From the NCBI GenBank assembly GCA_963714275.1, contig CAVQNT010000002.1, positions 128,001 through 192,000 of the forward strand: a DNA stretch of 64,000 nt, read 5' to 3'. Under the pieces are notes generated by a model. It made no database searches and was not told the origin of the DNA. It saw only the letters and a list, made by a program, of their open reading frames with translations. Below are positions 1-9,063 of the stretch, in pieces (position 1 is the stretch's first letter; each line of letters starts with the position of its first letter). The translations under genes were made by a program, and so were the position numbers. This DNA is from Candidatus Bathyarchaeota archaeon. Its GTDB lineage: Archaea; Thermoproteota; Bathyarchaeia; Bathyarchaeales; DTEX01.

Positions 1-115
1 CGCATGGGAAAAGATGGAACAAGACTCCGAATCCAGAAATGACAAATTTTCGGGATTGCCGCTTCACCTCAGAGAATAATAGAAATTTTTTATCCGCATG
101 GCAGGATGACCTTTC

Positions 116-776
116 ATGAAGGTTCTTGTAGGCACTGATTTTCATGGCAAAGAATCAGTCTTCGAAGCTTTCGCAGAAAAAGCTGAAGAAAACAACGTCG
201 ACATTATGGCAATATGCGGCGACATAACCCACTTTGGCAGCCTCCAAGAAGCGCAGCGCTCCTTGTCGCTTTTAATTAACTTACGGATTCCGGTTCTGTT
301 TGTGCCGGGAAACTGCGATCCGCCGGCACTTGCTGGAGTTGACATGGAAGGCGTAACGTGCATCCACGGAAGAAACGTTTCATACGGTGACTTGGTTTTT
401 CTGGGCGTTGGAGCCAGTCCTCCTACTCCTTTCAGAACACCATTTGAATTAGCTGAGGACAAGATAATGGAAACTTTGGTTCAAGCGTCCAACAATCTCC
501 CCGTAGCTCGGTGGGTCGTCCTCATCTCGCACGCTCCTCCACGTGACACTCAGGCTCGACAAAACGTCCATTGGGCTTCACGCGGGCAGCTCAAGCGTCA
601 GAACGTTTATTGAGGAAAAGCAGCCGTCAACGGTTTTCTGCGGGCACATCCACGAAGCTAAAGGCAGAGAAAAAATAGGCGCAACATTAATCGTTAATTC
701 CGGTCCAGCGAGATACGGCGACTACGCTATAGCTTCGTTCAACGCAAAAATTTTGCTTGAACTTAAGACACTTTAG
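116..776 (+). CDS. Metallophosphoesterase (calcineurin-like, Icc/YfcE type), frameshifted near 552-556
   Basis: Motifs DFHG, CGDITH, GNCD and SHAPP in ORF 116-613, continuing as FCGHIHE in ORF 543-776. Removing one G from AGGCT joins them. Confidence 0.85.
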
Positions 777-842
777 AAACCTTTACTCTTCTTTTGGTCC
801 GTCCAGTCTGGCGCCACATAGCCATATTTTAGAATCCGCATC

Positions 843-864
843 AAGCCTTTGATAAAAAAGGCTT
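843..864. terminator. Short intergenic inverted repeat (possible terminator or protein-binding site)
   Basis: AAGCCTTT-gataaa-AAAGGCTT, a perfect 8-bp stem downstream of the phosphoesterase. Confidence 0.3.
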
Positions 865-1112
865 ATTTCCTATGAAATGAAATAGTCTGGCTTTGGTAAA
901 ATATTGCCACTCACTTAAAGATATTTTTTTAGAACAGAAAAAAGTGACCAACCAGAAGTGGGTGTTATTGTTTCCGCAAACCATATATGGCAGTCTGGTT
1001 TTCAGTAACAAAATAATCGGTTAAGTGGTAAGGTTGACAACCAAAACACGAACCATAAATCCATCTGAAGAATATAGGATTACAGAGAATAATCTTCGCG
1101 AGGGAAAGAACA

Positions 1113-1860
1113 ATGCCGTTTAAGAAAGGTGATTTTATATTAGTTGACTACATCGCCAGATTGTCCGAGACTGGTGAAGCCTTTGACACTACAATCGAAG
1201 AGATAGCCAAAAAAGAAAACATCTACAAAGAAGGCGGATTATACGAGCCAACCCTAGTCGCCATAGGAGAAGGATGGGTACTCAAAGCCCTAGACGAATC
1301 ACTACCGAACCTTAAAATAAATAAAACAGAGAAAATCGAGATTTCGCCTGAAAAAGCCTTCGGAAACCGAGACCCAAAGAAAACTAGGTTGTATCCACTA
1401 AGGAAACTAACCTCGCAAGGAGTGACGCCTCAAGTGGGCGTGCGAATCGAAGTTGACAACCGCCTCGCCACAGTAAGAACGATTGGGTCAGGCAGGGTTC
1501 TGTTAGACTTTAATCTGCCTCTTGCGGGGAAGACTCTGAGTCTACGAGGTTACGGTTCAAAAGAAACTAAAAACACCAGAAGAGAAAATGCGGGCTCTAG
1601 TTCACAGAAGAATTCCGCAGATAGACGTGAATAAGTTTTCACTCGGTATTACAACAGAAGCCCTCAATGTTGGAGTTCCCGAAGAAGCATTTTACGTTGA
1701 AGGACTGCAGATTGCGAAAAGAGGCTTGTTCATCGACGTCCAAAAGTTCTTCCCAAAGATTACAACCGTCGCGTTCACCGAGACTTTCAAGAAGCCGGAG
1801 AAAGCCGCAGAACAACCTTCTTCCGAGAAGCCCCAAGAGAGCACTGAAAAGTCTCAGTGA
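1113..1860 (+). CDS. slyD: Long-type archaeal FKBP peptidyl-prolyl isomerase (SlyD-like), frameshifted near 1540
   Basis: GDFILVDY..FDTT, ISPEKAFG and DFNLPLAGKTL motifs. The C-terminal domain continues in ORF 1588-1860. Confidence 0.85.
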
Positions 1861-2239
1861 CCTCCAAAACCTCGCATCTGTCTCCAGCTTTTAAACCAAG
1901 CGAAAAGCACATTTCGTAGCTTTCGCACCCCTCGTTTCTGCATTCGGGAGCCTGAAAAACTACAATCGCGCCAGGCATTGCCTGTTTAGTGGGCAACGAA
2001 GAAGGTATCTTGGCATCAGTAACTTCTACAACCCTCATTTCAGTTTCATATTGTTTACAGGGCAAAAATTTGTCTCGTACGCCGGCAATCTCGTAGACGC
2101 GTCCAGACTCTATGTTTTGCACACAAACCCTGAAGTACTCGCAGTCGACGCATTTTGAACCCGGTCCTTTATGTATGAAAACGGTTCCAGGTTTAGCTTG
2201 CCCCGAACCTATCAATGTCACGATACGTCTATTGCTCAA
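1787..2239 (-). CDS. UPF0179-family Cys-rich protein
   Basis: ITLIG..QAKPG..F, CxxC..C and GRVYEI..VR pattern typical of archaeal UPF0179. Confidence 0.75.
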   Translation of the reverse strand: MSNRRIVTLIGSGQAKPGTVFIHKGPGSKCVDCEYFRVCVQNIESGRVYEIAGVRDKFLPCKQYETEMRVVEVTDAKIPSSLPTKQAMPGAIVVFQAPECRNEGCESYEMCFSLGLKAGDRCEVLEVTETFQCSLGASRKKVVLRLSPAS

Positions 2240-2404
2240 AAAATTCCCCTTAGACTCTAGTATTTTTTTGCATATTTTATAAGACAGGTATGAACAACTT
2301 CTTATTACATATGGTTCTGGACTGTTTTATAGGGTTAACCTTTTCTAGGCGTTTTTTCATGTCTGGTTCAGTTAAATGTATACATATTAAAAGTTTTGTT
2401 TTTC

Positions 2405-3469
2405 TTAGTCAATTATGCCTGTAGACTTAGCCAACTCATAGGCGGTCTTGCGGGTCAGATGTTTCTCGTTAAGTATTGTGTACCTTTCAGGTCGAATTTT
2501 GGGAGCCTTAAGTAGGGCTTCAACAATTTGTTCCGCTGAAATCCCGACTTCTTTGGCGGCGACAGGTGCGCCAACCTTCTTTAACGTGTCTCTGATTGTT
2601 TCCCATTCCATGCCGTGAAGCTCAGCCATCATTATTGCTCCTAAGCCACATTCCTCGCCATGTAAGGCTCGGTTCGACGCCACGAGGTCTAAAGCGTGAC
2701 TGAAGAGGTGTTCGGACCCGCTGCACGGTTTACTTGTTCCACCTATACACATGGCTACGCCGCAGCTGACAAGAGCTTCGAGCAAAACCCTAAGCCCCGG
2801 CTCAGAACCTGGCTTGAAAAGGTCAGCGTTCTCAACAATGTGTTGGGCACTCATCAAAGCTAGGCTTGCCGTGTATTGGGCGTAGTATTCGCTCTTTTTT
2901 TCGTAGGCAAGTTTCCAGTCGCGGGTTGAAGTGAATTTTGAAATCACGTCCGCGCATCCGCTTGCTATGAAACGGTAGGGTACATTGATTATGACTTCTG
3001 TGTCAGCAACCACCGCCATCGGGGACTGCGCTTTAATGGAGTAGGGTCTATCCAGTCCTTTTATCGATGCGAACGGGCTTACCATGCCGTCGTGCGAGGC
3101 TGATGTTGGGACGCATATGAAAGGTGTCTCCTTCCGAGCGGAACTAAGTTTGGCAATGTCAATTTTTGTACCGCCTCCGACACCGAAAACCACTTGCGGC
3201 TTTGACTTCTCAATGACTTCTTCAGCCTGTCTTACGTCGTTTAATGTTGGGATGTCAGAAGAGACGATGTGACAGTTGACTTCTAATCCTTCGTCATGCA
3301 GTAGGTCAGCGACCCTTTGGGCTGCCACGTGTTTGGTTGTTGGACCCGTGATTATCAAACCGCTTTCTGAAAAGCCCAGTTTTTCGCATACGTCGCCAAT
3401 TAACCGTAGGCTTCCGTTGCCGATGATTACTTCTCTTGGGAGCTGCATGCGATGAAGGTTAAGGCTCAA
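2405..3469 (-). CDS. egsA: Glycerol-1-phosphate dehydrogenase
   Basis: GVGGGTKID, PTSASHDG, SGSEHLFSHALD, HGEECG, RPERYTIL. Confidence 0.95.
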   Translation of the reverse strand: MSLNLHRMQLPREVIIGNGSLRLIGDVCEKLGFSESGLIITGPTTKHVAAQRVADLLHDEGLEVNCHIVSSDIPTLNDVRQAEEVIEKSKPQVVFGVGGGTKIDIAKLSSARKETPFICVPTSASHDGMVSPFASIKGLDRPYSIKAQSPMAVVADTEVIINVPYRFIASGCADVISKFTSTRDWKLAYEKKSEYYAQYTASLALMSAQHIVENADLFKPGSEPGLRVLLEALVSCGVAMCIGGTSKPCSGSEHLFSHALDLVASNRALHGEECGLGAIMMAELHGMEWETIRDTLKKVGAPVAAKEVGISAEQIVEALLKAPKIRPERYTILNEKHLTRKTAYELAKSTGIID

Positions 3470-3665
3470 CGACTGTCCTCTCGTTCAAGCAGTTTAGAGA
3501 TACAGCCTAATCCGATTTAAACCTTCTTTATCTAAGGTTGAAAGCCTATAAAAGTAAATGTTAAAATCCCAAATCCGAACGATTTAAATCCAACCTCTTC
3601 TTAAATAGTTTGTCTCTTAGCATTTCCCACTCTCTTATCAGATTGACCAACAAAAACCTACATTA

Positions 3666-4325
3666 GTGCGGTTTTCGGAGAAACTAGGAATGTACAAAAC
3701 AATTGATGAAATGGCATTCAAAGGAACAACAACCATTGGAGCTATATGCACGGATGGTGTGGTACTTGCCTCAGACACCCGAGTGACAGCAGGCTCCCTT
3801 GTTGTCCATAAGAAAGGAAAGAAGGTTTACAAAATAGACAACCATTTAGCCATGACGATTTCGGGTCTAGTTGCGGATGCTCAGCAAACAGTCGAAATAC
3901 TCAAAGCAAACTCTAGGCTGTACCGTCTGCAGAGAAAATCTCCCATACCAGTCAGCACCGCAGCACGTTTGGTGGCAAACTTGTTCTTCTCGAACCGATA
4001 TTCCCCGTTCTTGGCTCAAATTGTCATAGGCGGAGTCGACGATTCCGGTCCCCACATCTTCACGATAGACCCATTCGGAAGCATAATGGAAGAAAAATGT
4101 GTCGCCACGGGATCAGGATCACCAGTAGCCTACGGCGTTTTAGAAGAAAAGTACCGTGAAGGTTTACCTCTTAAAGAAGTATTGCAGATCGTTGTGAAGT
4201 CAGTAAATTCCGCAATGAAGAGGGACGTTGCTAGCGGAGACAGCTTTGACATTTCAATCATAGACTTTAACGGTTACAGAGAATTGAGCGACGACGAAAA
4301 AAGTCAGATTCTAACAAGCAATTAG
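3666..4325 (+). CDS. psmB: Proteasome subunit beta
   Basis: KG/TTT propeptide cleavage site, ATGSGS, RDVASG. Confidence 0.95.
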   Translation: MRFSEKLGMYKTIDEMAFKGTTTIGAICTDGVVLASDTRVTAGSLVVHKKGKKVYKIDNHLAMTISGLVADAQQTVEILKANSRLYRLQRKSPIPVSTAARLVANLFFSNRYSPFLAQIVIGGVDDSGPHIFTIDPFGSIMEEKCVATGSGSPVAYGVLEEKYREGLPLKEVLQIVVKSVNSAMKRDVASGDSFDISIIDFNGYRELSDDEKSQILTSN

Positions 4326-4359
4326 GTGAATATTCGAAAAAAGGAGATTTTAGAAGAAA

Positions 4360-6273
4360 GTGGGCTCAATAGAGAAAGACAAGAAGACACGGCAAACCAT
4401 TTTGGAGCACCTTCCAAAAGAAGCGGAACTTACGCGAATCGAGTTTGAAGGTCCTTCACTCGCCATTTACACGAAAAAACCAGAGATTAGGGTCACTGAA
4501 AGCAGAGCCATCACAGAAATTGTTAATCTCATCAAAAAGAGAATAGTCATACGTTCCGATCCTTCGGTAAGAATGGCTGAACCTGAAGCACAGAAAACGA
4601 TTGCTGGAATAATTCCGAAAGAAGCTGAAGTCACAAACGTTCTTTTCGACCCAACGATCGGCGAAGCAGTCATCGAAGCCAAAAAACCTGGTTTAGCCAT
4701 TGGAAAAGACGGAGTGACGCTTCAGGAAATCGTGGTTAAAACCCGATGGATTCCACGTGTCTTAAGAAGCCCCCCCAAACCTTCGAAAATCATCGCTCAC
4801 GTCAGGCATACTCTTTATTCTGGAAGCAAAGAACGTGAGAGAATCCTTCGAAACGTCGGCGAAAGAATCTACAGACCCTTAATACATGAAATCGGAGACA
4901 TCAGGATAACCATGCTAGGCGCTGCCAGGGAAGTTGGTCGCTCGGCGGTTCTTGTTGAAACAAGAGAAAGCCAGATTTTGGTTGATTGCGGCATTAATCC
5001 TGGGTCAACGAGGCCTTTCGAGGCTTTTCCTAGGTTCGATGTTGCGCAGTTTGATCCTTCAAACTTGGACGCTGTTGTCATAAGCCACGCCCATCTGGAT
5101 CACTGTGGCTTCCTTCCCTTTCTTTACAAGTATGGCTTTGACGGGCCAGTGTATTGTTCTGTGCCGAATTTGAATCTTATGACTTTGCTTCAGCTTGACT
5201 ACCTTGATGTCTTGTCTAAGCAAGGGTTACCCCTGTTATATGACCAAAAAGACGTGCGGGACAGCATTTTGCACACAGTTCCATTAAGGTTCGGGGTGGT
5301 CACAGACATTGCTCCTGACATTCGGTTGACCCTGCACAACGCGGGGCACATTCTAGGTTCGTCGGTTGTTCATCTGCATGTGGGCGAAGGATACCATAAC
5401 ATAGTCTACACTGGCGATTTCAAGTACGGCAAAACCATGCTGCTTGAGGCAGCTGCCAGAGATTTTCCGAGGGTTGAAACAATCATAACCGAAGCCACGT
5501 ACAGCGGTCCAAGCGACATTATGCCTACAAGGGAAGAAGCAGAAGAAAGGCTTGTAGCAATCATCAATGAAACTCTCACCCGTGGCGGAAAGGTTCTTAT
5601 TCCAGTTCCAGCCGTCGGTAGAGCTCAGGAAATCATGCTTGTTCTGGATGAGTACATGAAGAGAGGGATGATGAAGGAAGCACCTGTCTTCATTGAGGGA
5701 ATGATTTCTGAAGCCACGGCTATTCACACTGCGCATCCTGAGTATTTGTCAAGAGAGATCAGGAACAGTGTACTCAACGAAGGCGTGAATCCGTTTGAGT
5801 CTGACTATTTCACGGTTGTTGAGCATCCCAGTGCCAGACACGACATAATTGAGGGTGAACCCTGCATCATTGTAGCCACAGCGGGGATGCTTGAAGGTGG
5901 ACCCATAATCGACTATTTCCAGCAGTTAGCCGAGGACAAACTGAACACAATAATTTTCGTCAGCTACCAAATCGAAGGAACTCTTGGCAGACGAGTGCAG
6001 AAACGGGTACCTGAAGTTTCAATATTCAATTCAGAAGGCAGAATCAAAGTCATAAAGTGCAATCTTGAAGTCCAAACGGTCGAGGGGTTCTCAGGCCACT
6101 CGGACAGAAGGCAGATAATTGGATACATCCGCAAGTTGGCGCCGAAACCTGACAACGTTATTGTCTGTCACGGGGAAAGGTCCAAGTGCCTAGGATTGGC
6201 TGAGTATCTGCGTGGAAGATACAAGATCAATGCGATGGCGCCGGACATCCTTGAAACTATTCGGCTTCGGTAG
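4360..6273 (+). CDS. fttA: Beta-CASP ribonuclease aCPSF1 (transcription termination factor FttA)
   Basis: N-terminal KH domains, SHAHLDH, AGHILG, YTGD, FSGHSD, 637 aa, adjacent to psmB. Confidence 0.95.
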   Translation: MGSIEKDKKTRQTILEHLPKEAELTRIEFEGPSLAIYTKKPEIRVTESRAITEIVNLIKKRIVIRSDPSVRMAEPEAQKTIAGIIPKEAEVTNVLFDPTIGEAVIEAKKPGLAIGKDGVTLQEIVVKTRWIPRVLRSPPKPSKIIAHVRHTLYSGSKERERILRNVGERIYRPLIHEIGDIRITMLGAAREVGRSAVLVETRESQILVDCGINPGSTRPFEAFPRFDVAQFDPSNLDAVVISHAHLDHCGFLPFLYKYGFDGPVYCSVPNLNLMTLLQLDYLDVLSKQGLPLLYDQKDVRDSILHTVPLRFGVVTDIAPDIRLTLHNAGHILGSSVVHLHVGEGYHNIVYTGDFKYGKTMLLEAAARDFPRVETIITEATYSGPSDIMPTREEAEERLVAIINETLTRGGKVLIPVPAVGRAQEIMLVLDEYMKRGMMKEAPVFIEGMISEATAIHTAHPEYLSREIRNSVLNEGVNPFESDYFTVVEHPSARHDIIEGEPCIIVATAGMLEGGPIIDYFQQLAEDKLNTIIFVSYQIEGTLGRRVQKRVPEVSIFNSEGRIKVIKCNLEVQTVEGFSGHSDRRQIIGYIRKLAPKPDNVIVCHGERSKCLGLAEYLRGRYKINAMAPDILETIRLR

Positions 6274-6734
6274 GTTTTTTTCCTTCTTTTTGGTGCTTTG
6301 TGCCTTCTTCTCTCCAAATTTTTACGTGAGAAGGAGTTACGACGATGCGGTCTTCACCTAAGCTCAGCTATGTCGCCGTCGATTTCCCCAATGAATTTTT
6401 TTAGTTTTCTTACGGCTCGTTTAACATCATCAAGGTCTTTGTCAAATAGGGGCGTCAACCTAATTATGGCGATGTTTCCTGTTTCCAGTTCGCCTTTGAT
6501 TTTGTCTAGTTCCTCTAACGAGTTCAGTGTTGATGTTTTAAGGTAAACGGTTTTAGGCGGCGGAGGAGTTGAGAAGGGAATTTGCTCTGGAACTGGTTCT
6601 GGAGCTGATGCAATCGGAGTCTCGGGAAGAGGCTTTTCTTTTGGTTGCTCTTCGTCCCTTTTGACTTTACTGATTATTTTGTCGATGACCTTGCCTAAAT
6701 TTATGTTAGCCAAAATTCTTCTCCTCAAGACCAA
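6257..6734 (-). CDS. sepF: SepF-like cell division protein (DUF552), frameshifted near 6360
   Basis: GNIAII..TPL and DGDIA core. After frame repair it continues LGEDRIVVTPSHVKIWR to TAG at 6257. Confidence 0.75.
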
Positions 6735-6769
6735 TCATAGAGTACAGGCTTACTAAGCACGTAAAAGTC

Positions 6770-7285
6770 TTAACTCTTTCGTTCCTTTCCAGCTTCTTTG
6801 ATAGTAACCCAGATTTCGTCTCCTACACAATGCAGGTTCCTGAAAAGCTTGCCCTTCCTGGTTGATGCCGCTGTGCCGGAGTCATAGATAGCTTCAGATA
6901 CGGCTATGGGTTTCCTGTTTTTCGCGTCCAATACGATGACTAAATTTTTCGGTTCGAATTCTCCTTGGATATCGACTATTCCGGGACCCATTATGTCTGC
7001 TTTGTTGCATATGTACGGTACTGCTCCCATGTCCACTACAACCTTAGGCATACTGGAAAGTTGTTCCTCGAAAAGCAACGTTGGAAAAACGTTTCCCTCA
7101 GACTCGGCGATTAGGGGTCGTCCGTCAACAACGTAGACTTTGACTTTTTTTGCTTCCATAACCTCAACTTGAGTCTTAGACCCAAACAAAGATTCAATGT
7201 CTAGCCCAATTTTGTCTAGGACATTTTTTAAAAGCAGCTTTCGCTCATTTTTTCTAAGCGGATACCGACGGATGCCTGTGGACAT
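6770..7285 (-). CDS. PUA-domain RNA-binding protein (DUF1947/MCT-1-like)
   Basis: FPTL, VVVDMGAVPYICNKADIMGPGI and HCVGDEIW. Likely start is ATG 7285. Confidence 0.85.
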   Translation of the reverse strand: MSTGIRRYPLRKNERKLLLKNVLDKIGLDIESLFGSKTQVEVMEAKKVKVYVVDGRPLIAESEGNVFPTLLFEEQLSSMPKVVVDMGAVPYICNKADIMGPGIVDIQGEFEPKNLVIVLDAKNRKPIAVSEAIYDSGTAASTRKGKLFRNLHCVGDEIWVTIKEAGKERKS

Positions 7286-7373
7286 ATGCTTAAATCTTAA
7301 CGCAACACATATAAATCTGCAGTCCTTCATACACGAAAGATATAATGGAAGACAATCAAGGAACGTTGAGAAA

Positions 7374-7592
7374 ATGGCGGAAAAAATCCTTGAAGACAGC
7401 CTCGGAAAAACCGTGTTACTCAGGCTGAGAGGAGGCAAAAGCATAAGGGGACTACTGCGAGGATTCGATCAGCACCTAAATTTAGTGCTTGAAAAAGCCG
7501 AAGACGTAACCGACAAGGACAAAACCGAGGAACTTGGCCTAATAATCGTCAGGGGAGACAACGTCGTCATGATTTCTCCGCCTCCAAGGTGA
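7374..7592 (+). CDS. Sm-like (Lsm) protein
   Basis: GLLRGFDQHLNLVL and IIVRGDNVVMISP (Sm1/Sm2), directly upstream of rpl37e. Confidence 0.95.
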   Translation: MAEKILEDSLGKTVLLRLRGGKSIRGLLRGFDQHLNLVLEKAEDVTDKDKTEELGLIIVRGDNVVMISPPPR

Positions 7593-7600
7593 AACTGTAA

Positions 7601-7798
7601 ATGGGTAAAGGTACGCCGTCTTTTGGGAAACGGCAGGGCAAAACCGTCCATATTCATTGCAGGCGTTGTGGCAGAAGGTCGTATCATGTTAGGCAAAAGA
7701 AGTGTTCAGCCTGCGGATACGGCGAGTCGCCTAAAATGCAACATTACTCGTGGCAGACAAAGAAGTCTAAACCGCGAAAGACTAGCTTAGTTTTTTAG
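7601..7798 (+). CDS. rpl37e: 50S ribosomal protein L37e
   Basis: [31 protein letters not shown]. Confidence 0.97.
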   Translation: MGKGTPSFGKRQGKTVHIHCRRCGRRSYHVRQKKCSACGYGESPKMQHYSWQTKKSKPRKTSLVF

Positions 7799-7866
7799 AG
7801 ATGGCTACGAGAAAAGCATTTAAATAATACTGTTAGGAAAGTTACCAGAATCGACGTGAACTAGGC

Positions 7867-8175
7867 ATGGTAAGAAAAGCCAGAATAAAACTGACAAGCA
7901 CCGACTACGAGAAACTTGAAGGCGTATGCGGAGAACTGAAAGCCATAGCCCAAAAAAGCGGAGTGAAGGCAAATGGACCTATCCCGCTGCCTACGAAGAA
8001 ACTTCGCGTGCCAGTCATGAAAAGCCCGTGCGGCGAAGGAACCAAAACTTGGGACAAATGGGAACTGCGCATCCACAAGCGGCTGATTGATATCGACGCT
8101 GAGGAAAGGGTCATGCGTCGGGTCATGAGAATGCGGGTTCCAGAAGAAGTCTTCATCAGCATCGAACTCATTTAA
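7867..8175 (+). CDS. rps10: 30S ribosomal protein S10 (uS10)
   Basis: GPIPLPTK, SPCGEG, WELRIHKRLIDI. Confidence 0.97.
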   Translation: MVRKARIKLTSTDYEKLEGVCGELKAIAQKSGVKANGPIPLPTKKLRVPVMKSPCGEGTKTWDKWELRIHKRLIDIDAEERVMRRVMRMRVPEEVFISIELI

Positions 8176-8328
8176 AGTCTCTTACAAACCGAAAACTTGT
8201 TCGAAACTGTTTTTTTCTTGAAAAAAGATTCTGTTCAGCTTAGAAACCAACCACAAATTAAGTCAAATTGTACTAAAGCCACAGAACAAACGTGCATAAA
8301 GATGGTTCAATTTTACCAATTTTCTAGT

Positions 8329-8377
8329 TTGTCGCACAAAACAAAAAGTCTAATGTCGAACAAATTAGACCAGTTCT
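8329..8377 (+). repeat. Two tandem copies of an intergenic motif also found at 37.0-37.3 kb and 63.3-63.4 kb
   Basis: TTGTCGCACAAAACAAAAAGTCT followed by AATGTCGAACAAATTAGACCAGTTCT, compared with TTGTCACACAAACAGACCAGTCT at 63368. Confidence 0.45.
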
Positions 8378-8459
8378 AACCTAAAGAAATTTACGATGAA
8401 CCGATAAACAATATAAACAAAGAATACCTAATAACAAAATTGGGAAGTTGACTAGCTAA

Positions 8460-9023
8460 ATGAACGATAAATACTGGGCATTATTCGGCGTAGCTGGACC
8501 TTTAGTGGCTTATTTTTTCATCGGAATCTCGATCGCTTCAGTGGTATGGTTCAGCTGGTGGAACAACGCCTTAAGTGACTTGGGTCACGCTGTTCACAGT
8601 GGGTCTGCGCCTTATTTCAATTTTGGGTTGTTGCTTGCTGGATCCTTCATCGCAGTCTTCACGGTAATGGTGTTCTGGAAACACGCGAAGTACACCAGCC
8701 CATTCTTACTGATGACAGCCTTCGCCTTGCAGCTCGTATCGGTCTTCGACGAAGTTTATGGACAACTTCACGGAACAGTTTCAGTCATATTTTTCGTTTT
8801 TCTGATCCTGTCATGCCTTGTTTACGCTGCGGAAAAAAGGTCAATTCTAGGAGCACTGTCCTTCGTAATCGGGTTAGGCGTGTGGATATTATATGGAGGA
8901 AGAATCCTCCAAGCTGGAATTGCAGTACCAGAAATAATTTCAGTCGTCGCAGCAACATCATGGGTCATCATTTCTGCCCTAAAAATATATTACAGGTCCA
9001 ATTCGGATTCAGCTGTTAAGTGA
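8460..9023 (+). CDS. DUF998-family membrane protein
   Basis: WFSW..NALSDLG, FNFGL, LHG.VS..FF, AVPE, multiple TM helices. Confidence 0.75.
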   Translation: MNDKYWALFGVAGPLVAYFFIGISIASVVWFSWWNNALSDLGHAVHSGSAPYFNFGLLLAGSFIAVFTVMVFWKHAKYTSPFLLMTAFALQLVSVFDEVYGQLHGTVSVIFFVFLILSCLVYAAEKRSILGALSFVIGLGVWILYGGRILQAGIAVPEIISVVAATSWVIISALKIYYRSNSDSAVK

Positions 9024-9063
9024 CCCGTTTTTCCAAGTATAAAGTAACGATCGCTCAAGCTTT

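Noticed and set aside
3666-7798. psmB-aCPSF1 and Lsm-rpl37e gene adjacencies
   Set aside because: Well-known conserved archaeal synteny, not novel
8197-8379. 60-aa ORF downstream of rps10
   Set aside because: AT-rich intergenic DNA containing the repeat motif, no protein features
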